From NCBI GenBank assembly GCA_937942165.1, contig CALDFW010000017.1, forward strand, positions 1 to 61,885: a stretch of 61,885 bases of DNA, written 5' to 3'. Under the pieces are notes generated by a model. That model worked only from the letters and a program-made list of their open reading frames with translations, made no database searches and was not told the origin of the DNA. Of this stretch, positions 17,046 through 26,492 are shown one piece after another; the first letter of the stretch is position 1, and the number at the start of each line of letters is the position of its first letter. The position numbers and the translations under genes were made by a program. Source of the DNA: an uncultured bacterium (GTDB lineage: Bacteria; Latescibacterota; UBA2968; UBA8231).

Positions 17046-18400
17046 TCGACGAGGCCTTCCGCAATCTCACCAATGTTTCCAGCTCCCATAGTCAACACTA
17101 TATCCCCGCTTTTACACTGTGTCGATAAAAAGGGAACGATATCCTTACAGTTGGCTATATAATCCACTTTTTCGTATCCCCGCTGATGGAGTGCCGTTGC
17201 AATCAGCTGACCATCAACGCCCTGAATGGGCTTCTCTCGTGCCGGATATACATCCGTTAAAATGACGCGGTCGGCACGGGCTAATTCGCGGGCAAAGCCT
17301 CCTTTGAAATCTCGCGTTCTCGTATATAGGTGCGGCTGAAAAACGGCTATAATCCGCCGGCCGCTAACGCGGGCTGCCTGCAGGGCAGCCGCAACTTCAC
17401 TCGGATGGTGCGCGTAGTCGTCAACCACTCGAATTCCATCGACTTCTCCCTTGAGCTCAAAGCGCCGGTCCACGCTTCTAAATCCTGCTAACGCGGCCGC
17501 GCAGCACGCCCCATCCACACCCATATGATGCGCCATAGAAGCGGCGCCGGCCGCGTTGCGCACGTTGTGTAATCCGGGCACTGCGATTTCAAATTCCGCC
17601 CAGTGCGAATCTCTGTAAAACAGGGAAAAGCGGCTGCCTTGAGGTTCTTGACATAGGTCCTCAATGCGGTAGTCACAGCCCTTGCCAAAACCAACGCTTA
17701 GACAGTTCCGCCCTAACTGGCCAACAACTCCGTCTCCTACCAGATCATCACCCCCGACCAGAACTGTTCCCTCCGGTGGCAGTCGATGCAAAAACTCGAC
17801 AAAGGCCTTTTCGACTTCCGCGATTCCCCCGTAGCAGTCGAGGTGCTCTGCTTCAACGCACGTGACGAGAGCGACCTCTGGGTGCAGATGGTGAAAAGAG
17901 CGAGCAAATTCATCCGCTTCAACCACGAGCCATTCTCCCGACCCAACCGCAGTGCATGCCCGACCATCGACCTCACCCCCAACCAAGGAGTCGGGTCCCC
18001 AACCCGCTTTGCACAATATGTCCGTCGTCATAGAAGCCGTAGTCGTTTTACCGTGCGTACCAGCGATGGCAATCGTCCGTCGAGCCTTACTCATTTCACC
18101 GAGCACTTCACCTCGACTCGCGCAGCGGATGCCGCGCGCTTTAGCTTCCAAACGCTCGACGTTGCTTTCCGGGATGGCAGCAGAATAGACCAAGAGGTCA
18201 GCGTCTCCCAGCTGTGCGGCGCTGTGCCCTTCACTAACGGTGAAACCGTCCTGAGCCAGCCCGTGGAGCGTAGAAGAAGACGTCAGGTCGGATCCCGTTA
18301 CGCACATCCCCTGCGCCTTCAGAAGTCTCGCTAAGGCCGCCATGCCCACTCCTCCAATACCTACCATATGAGCCCGCTTGTAACGGTCGGCAATCTCCAT
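17021..18400 (-). CDS. murC: UDP-N-acetylmuramate--L-alanine ligase
   Basis: HMVGIGGVGMAALA and GTHGKTTT Mur ligase motifs, with MurC-like length (459 aa). Confidence 0.93.
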   Translation of the reverse strand: MEIADRYKRAHMVGIGGVGMAALARLLKAQGMCVTGSDLTSSSTLHGLAQDGFTVSEGHSAAQLGDADLLVYSAAIPESNVERLEAKARGIRCASRGEVLGEMSKARRTIAIAGTHGKTTTASMTTDILCKAGWGPDSLVGGEVDGRACTAVGSGEWLVVEADEFARSFHHLHPEVALVTCVEAEHLDCYGGIAEVEKAFVEFLHRLPPEGTVLVGGDDLVGDGVVGQLGRNCLSVGFGKGCDYRIEDLCQEPQGSRFSLFYRDSHWAEFEIAVPGLHNVRNAAGAASMAHHMGVDGACCAAALAGFRSVDRRFELKGEVDGIRVVDDYAHHPSEVAAALQAARVSGRRIIAVFQPHLYTRTRDFKGGFARELARADRVILTDVYPAREKPIQGVDGQLIATALHQRGYEKVDYIANCKDIVPFLSTQCKSGDIVLTMGAGNIGEIAEGLVECLGGEAR

Positions 18401-19515
18401 TAGCGCCCCCTCTTAGTAGAGTGCGTTGCGGCATGTCGGGCCACGCCAAGCAAGATGCCCACCCCCGCCATATTCAAGAGCAATGAAGAGCCGCCATAGC
18501 TGAGAAAAGGGAGCGGCAGTCCCGTGGTAGGCAGGAGACCCGTCACCACGCCCATATTCAGCATCGCGTAAATTGAAATCATGGCCGTCATACCCGTAGC
18601 CAATAGAAAACCGTGACTACTAACGGCGCTCTGAGCGATCTTCACTCCCAAGACGGCGAAGGCAATAAAGAGCCCTACAACGCTTATCGTGCCAACCAAA
18701 CCCATCTCTTCTCCCACGAAAGCGAACACAAAGTCCGTATGGGGCTCAGGCAGATACTGCAGTTTTTGTATGCTATTACCCAACCCAACTCCAACCACCT
18801 GACCGTTACCCATACCAATAAGCGACTGGGTTATCTGGTAATTCCCGGCATCTTCTCCACTCCCTTTTACAAAGTTGCTGAGACGAGCCAGCTGATAGGG
18901 TGAGGTTAATAGAGAGACTACAACGCCCAGCGTTCCCACCAGTAGCACGGCGCCAAGCTGGCCAGCCTCAACGCCCCCTACCCACAGGAGAACGAGGGCG
19001 ATACAACCGATGGCAATCGCCGTACCCAAATCGGGCTGTGCTGCAATGAGGGTTAACACCAGACCAACAACGACGAGCCGGGGCAGAAGACCTCGCTTAA
19101 ACTCGCGCAGGTCCTCTTCTTTGCGCACGAGGACATCGGCCAAATAGATTACCAAAGCCAGTTTGGCAAACTCCGAGGGTTGAAACGCAAAACCGGCTAG
19201 AAACTTGGGTAAATAAAGCCAGCGATCAGCCGGACCAGACCCCAAAAAAAGGACGAGGACTAAAAGAAAAATTGCCCAGAGCATAATTGCTCGAGAATAT
19301 CGAGCAAACCATTCAAGTGGGACGCGCGAGACCACAACCATCACGAAGAGCCCCAGCACTGCACGGGCAAATTGGCGCTTAAGGAAGAAACTGCTATCGT
19401 CATACCGCACGCGTGCAAGCTCGGAACTGGCACTGTAAATCATGACCAGTCCTAGCCCGATCAGCAGTAGGCAGACTAATAGCAAGTGGGTGCCAGCACG
19501 CTGGACGACATACAT
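18400..19515 (-). CDS. ftsW: SEDS-family peptidoglycan glycosyltransferase FtsW
   Basis: Polytopic membrane protein with QPSEFAKLALVIYLA, TDFVFAFVGEEMG and the LPFLSYGGSS signature of FtsW/RodA. Sits in the dcw cluster. Confidence 0.9.
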   Translation of the reverse strand: MYVVQRAGTHLLLVCLLLIGLGLVMIYSASSELARVRYDDSSFFLKRQFARAVLGLFVMVVVSRVPLEWFARYSRAIMLWAIFLLVLVLFLGSGPADRWLYLPKFLAGFAFQPSEFAKLALVIYLADVLVRKEEDLREFKRGLLPRLVVVGLVLTLIAAQPDLGTAIAIGCIALVLLWVGGVEAGQLGAVLLVGTLGVVVSLLTSPYQLARLSNFVKGSGEDAGNYQITQSLIGMGNGQVVGVGLGNSIQKLQYLPEPHTDFVFAFVGEEMGLVGTISVVGLFIAFAVLGVKIAQSAVSSHGFLLATGMTAMISIYAMLNMGVVTGLLPTTGLPLPFLSYGGSSLLLNMAGVGILLGVARHAATHSTKRGR

Positions 19516-19652
19516 GAAGCGGCTTCTCCGCGCCTCGAACGGGGAAACCCAAGCTGCGAGTCCGGGGGATGGACCGAGCCTAGTAGTGAGTCAAAATATT
19601 GGGGACCATCCAGTGGGAAGGGATGGCAAGTAGCTGAGAACTAGGGAGTTTC

Positions 19653-21014
19653 TCAGCTGATTGCTTCTACAACATGCCACAACTCAAGACCGCGGGACGC
19701 TTTGACTAAGAGGATGTCATCGGCAACCAACGTGGATTTGAGCCTAGCTATAACTGATTCTTTTTCGACAAAGTGGGTCACTCTTTCGGCCCCCGCGGCG
19801 CGTGCTCCATCCGCTATATGCTGCCCGAGAGTGCCCGTGGTAAAAACTACATCTGCAACTTCAGCGGCCTTTTGTCCGATCTCGGCGTGCAGTTGCGGCC
19901 CAGACGGGCCCAGCTCAAGCATGTCGCCCAGTAGCACAATTTTCCGCTGCCCCTCCATCTCCGCAAGCATCTCCAATGCGGCTTGCATTGAGCCAGGGTT
20001 CGCGTTATAGGTGTCGTTTACTACGGTAACTTGATCTAAACGAACAACTTCTGAACGCCTTGAAAAGGGCTGAAAGTTAGCAAGTGCTGATCGTATGGCT
20101 TCGGTATCAACGCCCAAGTGTTGCCCTATGGCGGCAGCGGCAAGAGCGTTGTACGCATTGTGCTTACCGGGGATCCTAAGATCAATTGGCATTGAATTAT
20201 TTAGAAGGAAGTGGCCGCAGCCCTCCTGGTCTAAGATGAGTCCCTCCCCACGAAACGTGCTCTCAGACTGAAAACCGAAGGTCAGGAGTCTCCCCTTTGT
20301 CCTCTGAACCTCCTGACACACGACACGGTCATCAGCATTAGTGAGAGCTATCAAAGACTCATCCAGATACTCCAGGAGCTCCCCTTTAGCCTTGGCCACC
20401 CCTTCAACAGAACCAAAATACTCGAGATGAGCCGTTCCGATGTTTAACAGAACGCCCACAGTGGGCTGAGCGATGGTGCACAAGTAGTGTATATCGCCCT
20501 CTTTACGTGCCGCCAGCTCAAGCACCACCGCCTCATGGTGATCATCAAGCCGTAAAAGCGTGTGCGGAACGCCAATCTCGTTGTTTTCACTATCTACAGT
20601 CTTAAGTACGTTGTACCGCTGCTCTAATACGGTGGCAACCATCTCTTTGGTCGTGGTCTTACCGGCAGAGCCCGTAATACCAATCACCGGGATATCAAAG
20701 CGAGCGCGGTAGCCAGCAGCAATGTTGCCAAGCGCCGCGAGGCCTGAGTCTACCGCAAGTAAAGGGCCATCGGATCGGGTAAAGCGATTCAATTCAGCCT
20801 TTTCTACAACGGCGGCGCAGGATCCTCTTGCCAACGCATCGTCTACATAGGCATGGCCGTCAAAGTGCTCGCCCTTAAGCGCAATAAAAAGCTCTCCTTC
20901 GGCCACGCTTCGACTATCAGTAGACACACCCGATAGACTAATTGGGCGATCTAAGATACCAACAAGTTCGGCTCCCGTCCACTGTAGAATTTCATCTATT
21001 TCTACCCCAAGCAT
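19653..21014 (-). CDS. murF: UDP-N-acetylmuramoyl-tripeptide--D-alanyl-D-alanine ligase
   Basis: VSTDSRSVAEGELFIALKGEHFDGH and GITGSAGKTTTKE. Follows murE. Confidence 0.93.
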   Translation of the reverse strand: MLGVEIDEILQWTGAELVGILDRPISLSGVSTDSRSVAEGELFIALKGEHFDGHAYVDDALARGSCAAVVEKAELNRFTRSDGPLLAVDSGLAALGNIAAGYRARFDIPVIGITGSAGKTTTKEMVATVLEQRYNVLKTVDSENNEIGVPHTLLRLDDHHEAVVLELAARKEGDIHYLCTIAQPTVGVLLNIGTAHLEYFGSVEGVAKAKGELLEYLDESLIALTNADDRVVCQEVQRTKGRLLTFGFQSESTFRGEGLILDQEGCGHFLLNNSMPIDLRIPGKHNAYNALAAAAIGQHLGVDTEAIRSALANFQPFSRRSEVVRLDQVTVVNDTYNANPGSMQAALEMLAEMEGQRKIVLLGDMLELGPSGPQLHAEIGQKAAEVADVVFTTGTLGQHIADGARAAGAERVTHFVEKESVIARLKSTLVADDILLVKASRGLELWHVVEAIS

Positions 21015-21033
21015 GGATACCTCTCTGCTGGTT

Positions 21034-22494
21034 TTAGTTAGCGCATTTCATCGCCTGCAAAATAGCGCGCGCAACTGACCGATCATCAAAGGGAATGACC
21101 CGATCGTTTAATATTTGCTCGGCCTCATGCCCTTTGCCAGCAATAACGACACAGTCTCCCGGAGATGCCGCACGTAATGCAGCCTCTATAGCCGAAGCCC
21201 TGTTGGCCTCCGTTTCACAGACCGTATTCGAGGGAACCGCGTCGACTATCTCCGCAATAATAGAAAGGGGATCTTCACTGCGCGGGTTGTCCGAAGTCAC
21301 CCATAGAGTATCCGCCCATTTTCCCGCCACACACCCCATTTCTGGCCGTTTACCCCTATCCCTGTCGCCCCCGCAGCCAAATACGCATATAAGTTTACCT
21401 TCTGTCAGAGTCTTGGCAGCTTTCAGCACGTTATTTAGCGCGTCGGGGGTATGAGCATAATCTACCAATAGGGTAAATTCCTGGCCTTCATCCAGGGACT
21501 CAAACCGTCCCGGAACGGATTCAACGGAGACCATAGCCGCAGTCAATCTTTCGACCTCAATACCCAGCGAATGGGCTGCAGCCAACGAGGCGAGAATATT
21601 GTAGCAGTTAAACTGACCCAACATAGGCGCTTTTACTTCTATATCCCCTACCGGAGTGCGGGCCCCAATGACCATCCCCTGAGGCATCATATCTACCGTT
21701 AGGGCCTGCCAGTCGGCCTGTGCATGCATGCCATAGGTTATAACTTTCGCATCGGTTATGTCCCCCCACGCTTCCACGTGCGGATCATCCGCATTGAGAA
21801 CCGCATAGGCATCCGAGGATAGACCGGTAAAAAGCGCGGCTTTTGCTTCGCAATAAGCGGAGAAATCCCCGTGAAAGTCTAGGTGATCCCGCGTGAGATT
21901 TGTCCCAATAGCGACGTTGAAGGGTATTCCGTCCACCCGGTGCAGTGCCAATCCATGCGATGAAACTTCCAGTGAGGCTGCCCGCATCCCGTCCGCTACA
22001 AAATCGCGCAGGCAGGCCTGTAATAGGTCTGCTTCCGGGGTTGTATTCGGTATTTTCTTTGTGGTCTTATCGGTCGAATAACCCAGCGTACCCAAATAAC
22101 CGCACGGAATCCCACATCGGCTCAGCAATGCCCGCGTCAGAAAAGCCGTTGTAGTTTTCCCATTTGTCCCCGTAACGCCTACGTTAATAAGCTCATCAGC
22201 CGGATCATTATAGAAAGTGCGAGCTACCTGCGACAAGGCAATTCGACAGTCCCGGACCACGATTGTCGTCACATTGCAAGCGACTTCTCTCTCCGATACA
22301 ATAGCTGCGGCACCGCGGGAAAGTGCGTCATTTATAAACTGATGGCGATCCTGTATTTGCCCTCTGCTGAGGGCAACAAAAATAGATCCCGGTTCAACGA
22401 GACGAGAATCGCTGCAAACCCGGACAATCGGCCTATCAAGCGCCCCTTTAACGCGCGCACAAGGCAGCGCCTCGACCAGCTTACGAAGCAGCAA
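21034..22494 (-). CDS. murE: UDP-N-acetylmuramoyl-L-alanyl-D-glutamate--2,6-diaminopimelate ligase
   Basis: GVTGTNGKTTT, plus a DNPR motif (TSDNPRSEDP) associated with meso-DAP specificity. Apparent TTG start abutting the ftsI stop. Confidence 0.93.
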   Translation of the reverse strand: MLLRKLVEALPCARVKGALDRPIVRVCSDSRLVEPGSIFVALSRGQIQDRHQFINDALSRGAAAIVSEREVACNVTTIVVRDCRIALSQVARTFYNDPADELINVGVTGTNGKTTTAFLTRALLSRCGIPCGYLGTLGYSTDKTTKKIPNTTPEADLLQACLRDFVADGMRAASLEVSSHGLALHRVDGIPFNVAIGTNLTRDHLDFHGDFSAYCEAKAALFTGLSSDAYAVLNADDPHVEAWGDITDAKVITYGMHAQADWQALTVDMMPQGMVIGARTPVGDIEVKAPMLGQFNCYNILASLAAAHSLGIEVERLTAAMVSVESVPGRFESLDEGQEFTLLVDYAHTPDALNNVLKAAKTLTEGKLICVFGCGGDRDRGKRPEMGCVAGKWADTLWVTSDNPRSEDPLSIIAEIVDAVPSNTVCETEANRASAIEAALRAASPGDCVVIAGKGHEAEQILNDRVIPFDDRSVARAILQAMKCAN

Positions 22495-24501
22495 TCACAG
22501 ACCTCGTGCAGGCGAATTAAACTCTTGTTCTAGCACTTCAAGCAGGCGCATCTGGCGGCCTTCTAACGCTTTGACATCGTTGAGATGACTAACATCTTCT
22601 CCCAACTGGCAGCGAATATCAACTCCCACAAGAATCTCTTCTCCCGGCTGTGGCACCTGGCCAACCACAACAGAGCCCTGCCCTTCGGCTTGGACTTCGA
22701 TACCCCTCAGTTGCGCGGTTAGATAGGCCGCGCTACGCGTCATACCGCGCAAGTCCGGCACCATCCTAGTTGAAACGAGATTTCCGCCCATCGGACGGTC
22801 GGCCAACAACCCTCCCGGCAGGTGAATAATTCGCTGCATTACGCGCTGAAAAGCAGGAGCGGCTACACTTCCTCCCCAGCGCTCCTTCCTCGGATCGTCA
22901 ACCACAATAACACATACGTACTGCGGCTTCTCGACCGGAAGAAAGCCTGCAAAAGAAACGATGCTCGCATCGGGATCGTAGCCCAGTCCGTTCTCAGCAG
23001 CTTTTTGAGCAGTCCCCGTTTTTCCAGCAACCGAAACGCCTGCAATTTGCGCACGACTCCCAGTTCCACGGTCAACAACCCCCTGTAAGATCTCCCGCAG
23101 GATAGCGGCTGTCTTTTCACTAACAACGCGACGTAAAACACGAGGGCTCTTTTCCTCTCCTAGAAGGCCTCCTTCTCGATCGGCATAGCCCTTTACAATC
23201 TGTGGGACTAAGAGCTCTCCCCCATTGGCAATTACGGCATAGGCCTGCGCAAGCTGAAGCGCCGTAACGCTAATCTCTTGCCCTATGGAAATAGTTTCTT
23301 GAGAACGATCAGACCAGCGGCCAACGCGCTGCAATATCCCGCTGCTTTCTGCGGGCAGTTCAACTCCACTTCGCGTAGCAAAACCAAAGCTACGGATGTA
23401 TTGGTAGTATCGTGCACGGGGCAAACGACGAGTAAACTTTATCACGCCGATATTGCTGGACTGTTCGATGACTTCAGCGAACGTCAAATTGCCGTGAGGC
23501 GTTATATCGCGTATGAGATCGCCATTAGAAAGCTTTAACAGACCCTCTTCACAGTCCACCTGCTCGTCTACCTGTGCAAGACCGTCTTCGAGCACGGCAG
23601 CGGCTGCAATAACCTTAAAGGTCGACCCCGGTTCGTAGGCGTCGGCGATCACCCGATTGCGACGCTGCAGTGCCGTGGAACGCCCCGAGTGATTCGGGTC
23701 AAATAATGGCACGTTGGCCAAGGCTAAAATTTCACCCGTAATGGGGTCTATAATTATGCCCATGGCGCTGGCTGCATCGGCCTCTTTTATAGTCCGAGCG
23801 AGCTCTTCTTCTAGAATACTCTGATAAAGGGCATCGATAGTCAGAACGACGCTGTGACCGTTTTTCGCCGCGGCCTGCTGCTGGATACTCCCAGGCACTT
23901 GCAAACCCCGTGCGTCGACAAAGGCAACCTGCGCACCTTCTGTTTCGCGCAGGACGCTATCAAACGCTCGCTCAACCCCCTCACGACCCTCATTGTCGAT
24001 ATTTGTATGGCCAAGAAGCTGTCCGGCAAGGGATCCCAGCGGATAGAAACGACGCGTTGCACCATGGCTATAAACACCGGCAAACGAATCTGCGCGGGCA
24101 TCGACGGCGGCCGCATCTACCTGACGGGCCAAATAGACAAAAGACCGCGCTCCGCTCAGCTGCCCAACGATTTTTTCACTGTTAACGCCATTCAGACGTG
24201 CGAAGAAATTGGCGACCGCTTCGGGATCCTGCACGTGCTCGGGCCTAGCATAGAACGACCGCGCCTTGACATCGGTGGCCATTTCAGTCCCGCGACGATC
24301 CAAGAGACTTCCTCGCTTAGCTGACAGCGAGGTCTGACGTACATACTGGCCATAGGCTCTTTCAGCATAAGCCTCACCCAAAAAACCCTGTATGTATACG
24401 AGCCGGGCGATGACGATCCCCCAAAGAAACAACCCTATCCAAGCCGCAATGCGCAGGCGCCGCGGTCCACACCACGAATCCTTCCGCCGACTCTCACGCA
24501 C
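22495..24501 (-). CDS. ftsI: Class B penicillin-binding protein (FtsI-type transpeptidase) with a C-terminal PASTA domain
   Basis: N-terminal TM. Transpeptidase motifs STFK (PGSTFKV), SSN (QSSNIG) and KTG (GKTGTAQ). PASTA-like C-terminus VPDLRGMTRSAAYLTAQLRGIEV. GTG start. Confidence 0.93.
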   Translation of the reverse strand: MRESRRKDSWCGPRRLRIAAWIGLFLWGIVIARLVYIQGFLGEAYAERAYGQYVRQTSLSAKRGSLLDRRGTEMATDVKARSFYARPEHVQDPEAVANFFARLNGVNSEKIVGQLSGARSFVYLARQVDAAAVDARADSFAGVYSHGATRRFYPLGSLAGQLLGHTNIDNEGREGVERAFDSVLRETEGAQVAFVDARGLQVPGSIQQQAAAKNGHSVVLTIDALYQSILEEELARTIKEADAASAMGIIIDPITGEILALANVPLFDPNHSGRSTALQRRNRVIADAYEPGSTFKVIAAAAVLEDGLAQVDEQVDCEEGLLKLSNGDLIRDITPHGNLTFAEVIEQSSNIGVIKFTRRLPRARYYQYIRSFGFATRSGVELPAESSGILQRVGRWSDRSQETISIGQEISVTALQLAQAYAVIANGGELLVPQIVKGYADREGGLLGEEKSPRVLRRVVSEKTAAILREILQGVVDRGTGSRAQIAGVSVAGKTGTAQKAAENGLGYDPDASIVSFAGFLPVEKPQYVCVIVVDDPRKERWGGSVAAPAFQRVMQRIIHLPGGLLADRPMGGNLVSTRMVPDLRGMTRSAAYLTAQLRGIEVQAEGQGSVVVGQVPQPGEEILVGVDIRCQLGEDVSHLNDVKALEGRQMRLLEVLEQEFNSPARGL

Positions 24502-24816
24502 CTAATCAAGATCCTTTGCCGACCAATTATTTGCTACAGTCTCTCCCTCGACCGAATAGACCATACCTATCTGCCCCACGGCGACGTGTTCGATCAACTC
24601 CAACTTCTTTCTGAAGGCGATGCCTGCCATCAAGCGTGTTCGCTCTTCATTCAGGGCGACCAACTGATGCTGGGCCTTATCATATTGCCTATACATGTGA
24701 GCCACTTCCACCTTCTGCCACACACGAAATAGCATCGCTCCGACAAGTAGGGAGATAATGGCGATGCCGCGCCAGCAGTGCATTGACACAGCCGACTTAG
24801 GCTGAATACGGGTCAT
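24502..24816 (-). CDS. ftsL: Cell division protein FtsL-like (single TM plus coiled coil)
   Basis: 104 aa with TM GIAIISLLVGAMLF followed by a heptad-like region. Position between rsmH and ftsI. 4-nt overlap with rsmH. Confidence 0.7.
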   Translation of the reverse strand: MTRIQPKSAVSMHCWRGIAIISLLVGAMLFRVWQKVEVAHMYRQYDKAQHQLVALNEERTRLMAGIAFRKKLELIEHVAVGQIGMVYSVEGETVANNWSAKDLD

Positions 24817-25742
24817 TTTTGATCCTCTATTCTCTCATAAACGCGCAAAATGGCACTGCGCGCCCTGCTGTTGTTTTCAATTTCTTTTTCCGTGGGCCGT
24901 ATACGCCCGCGGCCCACCTTGCAAAACTCCGGTTTTTGGTCACACGCACACACAGGTAAACGCGGAGGACATATACAACGCCTCATCCGGTCTGCCATAA
25001 ACTGCTTTACTATGCGATCTTCTAAGGAATGATAGGCTATTACCGCAATGCGACCTCCGATGCACAGATGACGCGTCGCGGCCTGCAAACCAACGGCGAG
25101 CTGATCCAGTTCGCCGTTTACTGCAATACGAAAAGCTTGAAAAACGCGGGCCAAGGTCTTGTGCAACATCTTTGGACGCGTGCTTTCAACGGCGCGCCGC
25201 AAATCATTTGTCGTTTCTATGGGGGCTTCTTCACGCTGACGAACAATCGTCCGCACGATAGACATTGCTCGCCGTTCCTCTCCATAATCCCGTACGATTT
25301 GCAATAATTCTGCCTCCGTTGCTTCGGCAATCAAATCAGCAGCGCTTGGGCCTTGACCGCCCTCCATTCGCATATCCAGTGGACCGTCTGCTCTGTAACT
25401 GAAGCCGCGATGCGGAGCATCTATTTGGTGCGAAGACACCCCTAAATCAAAAAGAGCACCGCTGAACCTATCCACGGACGAATCAAATATAAGGTCCTCA
25501 AGCTCTTTAAAGCTAGCCCTTTTTACTACAACTCGTCGATCACCGCCAAGGGAGCTGCGCACCTCATCAACCGCATCAGGGTCGCGATCGACGGCCCAAA
25601 GCATCCCTCGACAACTGAGCGACTCTAACAGCGCACGGCTGTGACCGGCTCCTCCCGCTGTCGCATCCAGATAGATTCCATCGGGATCAGAGACCAATTC
25701 CTGAACAACACTATCGAGTAGAACTGGTTCGTGATAGGCCAT
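24813..25742 (-). CDS. rsmH: 16S rRNA (cytosine1402-N4)-methyltransferase
   Basis: HEPVLL, DATAGGAGHS and SLEDRIVK motifs. Follows mraZ. Confidence 0.95.
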   Translation of the reverse strand: MAYHEPVLLDSVVQELVSDPDGIYLDATAGGAGHSRALLESLSCRGMLWAVDRDPDAVDEVRSSLGGDRRVVVKRASFKELEDLIFDSSVDRFSGALFDLGVSSHQIDAPHRGFSYRADGPLDMRMEGGQGPSAADLIAEATEAELLQIVRDYGEERRAMSIVRTIVRQREEAPIETTNDLRRAVESTRPKMLHKTLARVFQAFRIAVNGELDQLAVGLQAATRHLCIGGRIAVIAYHSLEDRIVKQFMADRMRRCICPPRLPVCACDQKPEFCKVGRGRIRPTEKEIENNSRARSAILRVYERIEDQK

Positions 25743-25759
25743 GGAACGCGTTCTCCCTC

Positions 25760-26242
25760 TTACAGATCCAAGTGCTCAGCGGCATCTTCCATGCCCTCAT
25801 CCGCTTCTTCCATGAATGCTTGCCAATCACCTGGGTTCCAAAATTCCAGCTTGTCTAACGCACCTATCACTACCATCTGTTCACCAATGCCCGCACGCTC
25901 TAATAGCTTACGTGGGATACCCGCCCGACCCTGCCGATCCATTCTCACTTCGGACGCCTGTGAGAGCATCGCGCGAATAAAGACCCGATTTCTTCGTTCG
26001 GTCTGCGGAAGCCGCATCAGCTTCTTTGCAGTCTCTCCCCAAACGTGCTGAGGATAAGCCGTCAAGCAATGGTCAAAACCTCGAACCACAACAAAGGTGC
26101 TATCTGCTTCTGGGGGCAGTTTCCGACGGAACTCAGCAGGCACAAAGATGCGCCCCTTTTCATCTACCGGAACGTCGTATTCTCCGAGAAACTGATCCAC
26201 TACCCGCGCCTTTTTAAGTTTAAACACTTCTCCCCGGCCCAC
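25760..26242 (-). CDS. mraZ: Transcriptional regulator MraZ
   Basis: Duplicated SpoVT/AbrB-like DxxGR motifs (DEKGRIFVPAEFR and DRQGRAGIPRKL). The start is uncertain: GTG at 26242, or a downstream GTG near 26200 that would give MDQFLGEY. Confidence 0.9.
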   Translation of the reverse strand: MGRGEVFKLKKARVVDQFLGEYDVPVDEKGRIFVPAEFRRKLPPEADSTFVVVRGFDHCLTAYPQHVWGETAKKLMRLPQTERRNRVFIRAMLSQASEVRMDRQGRAGIPRKLLERAGIGEQMVVIGALDKLEFWNPGDWQAFMEEADEGMEDAAEHLDL

Positions 26243-26360
26243 CCTTTTACACCCCTTTACACCACTTTTACAAAAATCTCACAAAGCCCTATACATGTCA
26301 AGCATAAATTTTACAATTAGATAGGATCATTTATAGCCTCTTTTATTGAACAAGCGCACA

Positions 26361-26403
26361 TACAACACTTATTAGTGTTGTATGCACACTAATAAGTGTT
26401 GTA
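26361..26403. promoter_or_regulatory. Two adjacent near-perfect palindromes, candidate operator upstream of mraZ
   Basis: TACAACACTTATTAGTGTTGTA (26361-26382; 10 of 11 positions pair) is immediately followed by TGCACACTAATAAGTGTTGTA (26383-26403), which is nearly its reverse complement. Together they give four AGTGT[TG] half-sites about 21-22 nt apart. Located between the trmB terminator and mraZ. Confidence 0.5.
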
Positions 26404-26410
26404 CATACAC

Positions 26411-26454
26411 AAAAAAAGGTGGGAAAGGCGGCCTAACAGGAGGCCCTTCCCACC
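26411..26454 (-). terminator. Rho-independent terminator of trmB
   Basis: Stem GGTGGGAA(A)GG (26418-26428) / CCTTCCCACC (26445-26454). On the minus strand it is followed by T7 (26417-26411). It lies 39 nt downstream of the trmB stop. Confidence 0.8.
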
Positions 26455-26492
26455 CTCTTCAACTTCTCAGACGGTATAGCTAGTTTTTGCTA

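Noticed and set aside
19516-19652. Possible degraded mraY/murD remnant between murF and ftsW.
   Set aside because: The gap is only 137 bp. I could read no MraY-like or MurD-like peptide in any frame, and it looks like plain intergenic sequence.
26361-26403. Possible CRISPR-like or mobile-element repeat, suggested by the back-to-back repeated 21-22-mers.
   Set aside because: There are only two copies. They are inverted relative to each other with no spacer, and there are no cas genes or further repeats. A promoter-proximal operator is the more economical explanation.
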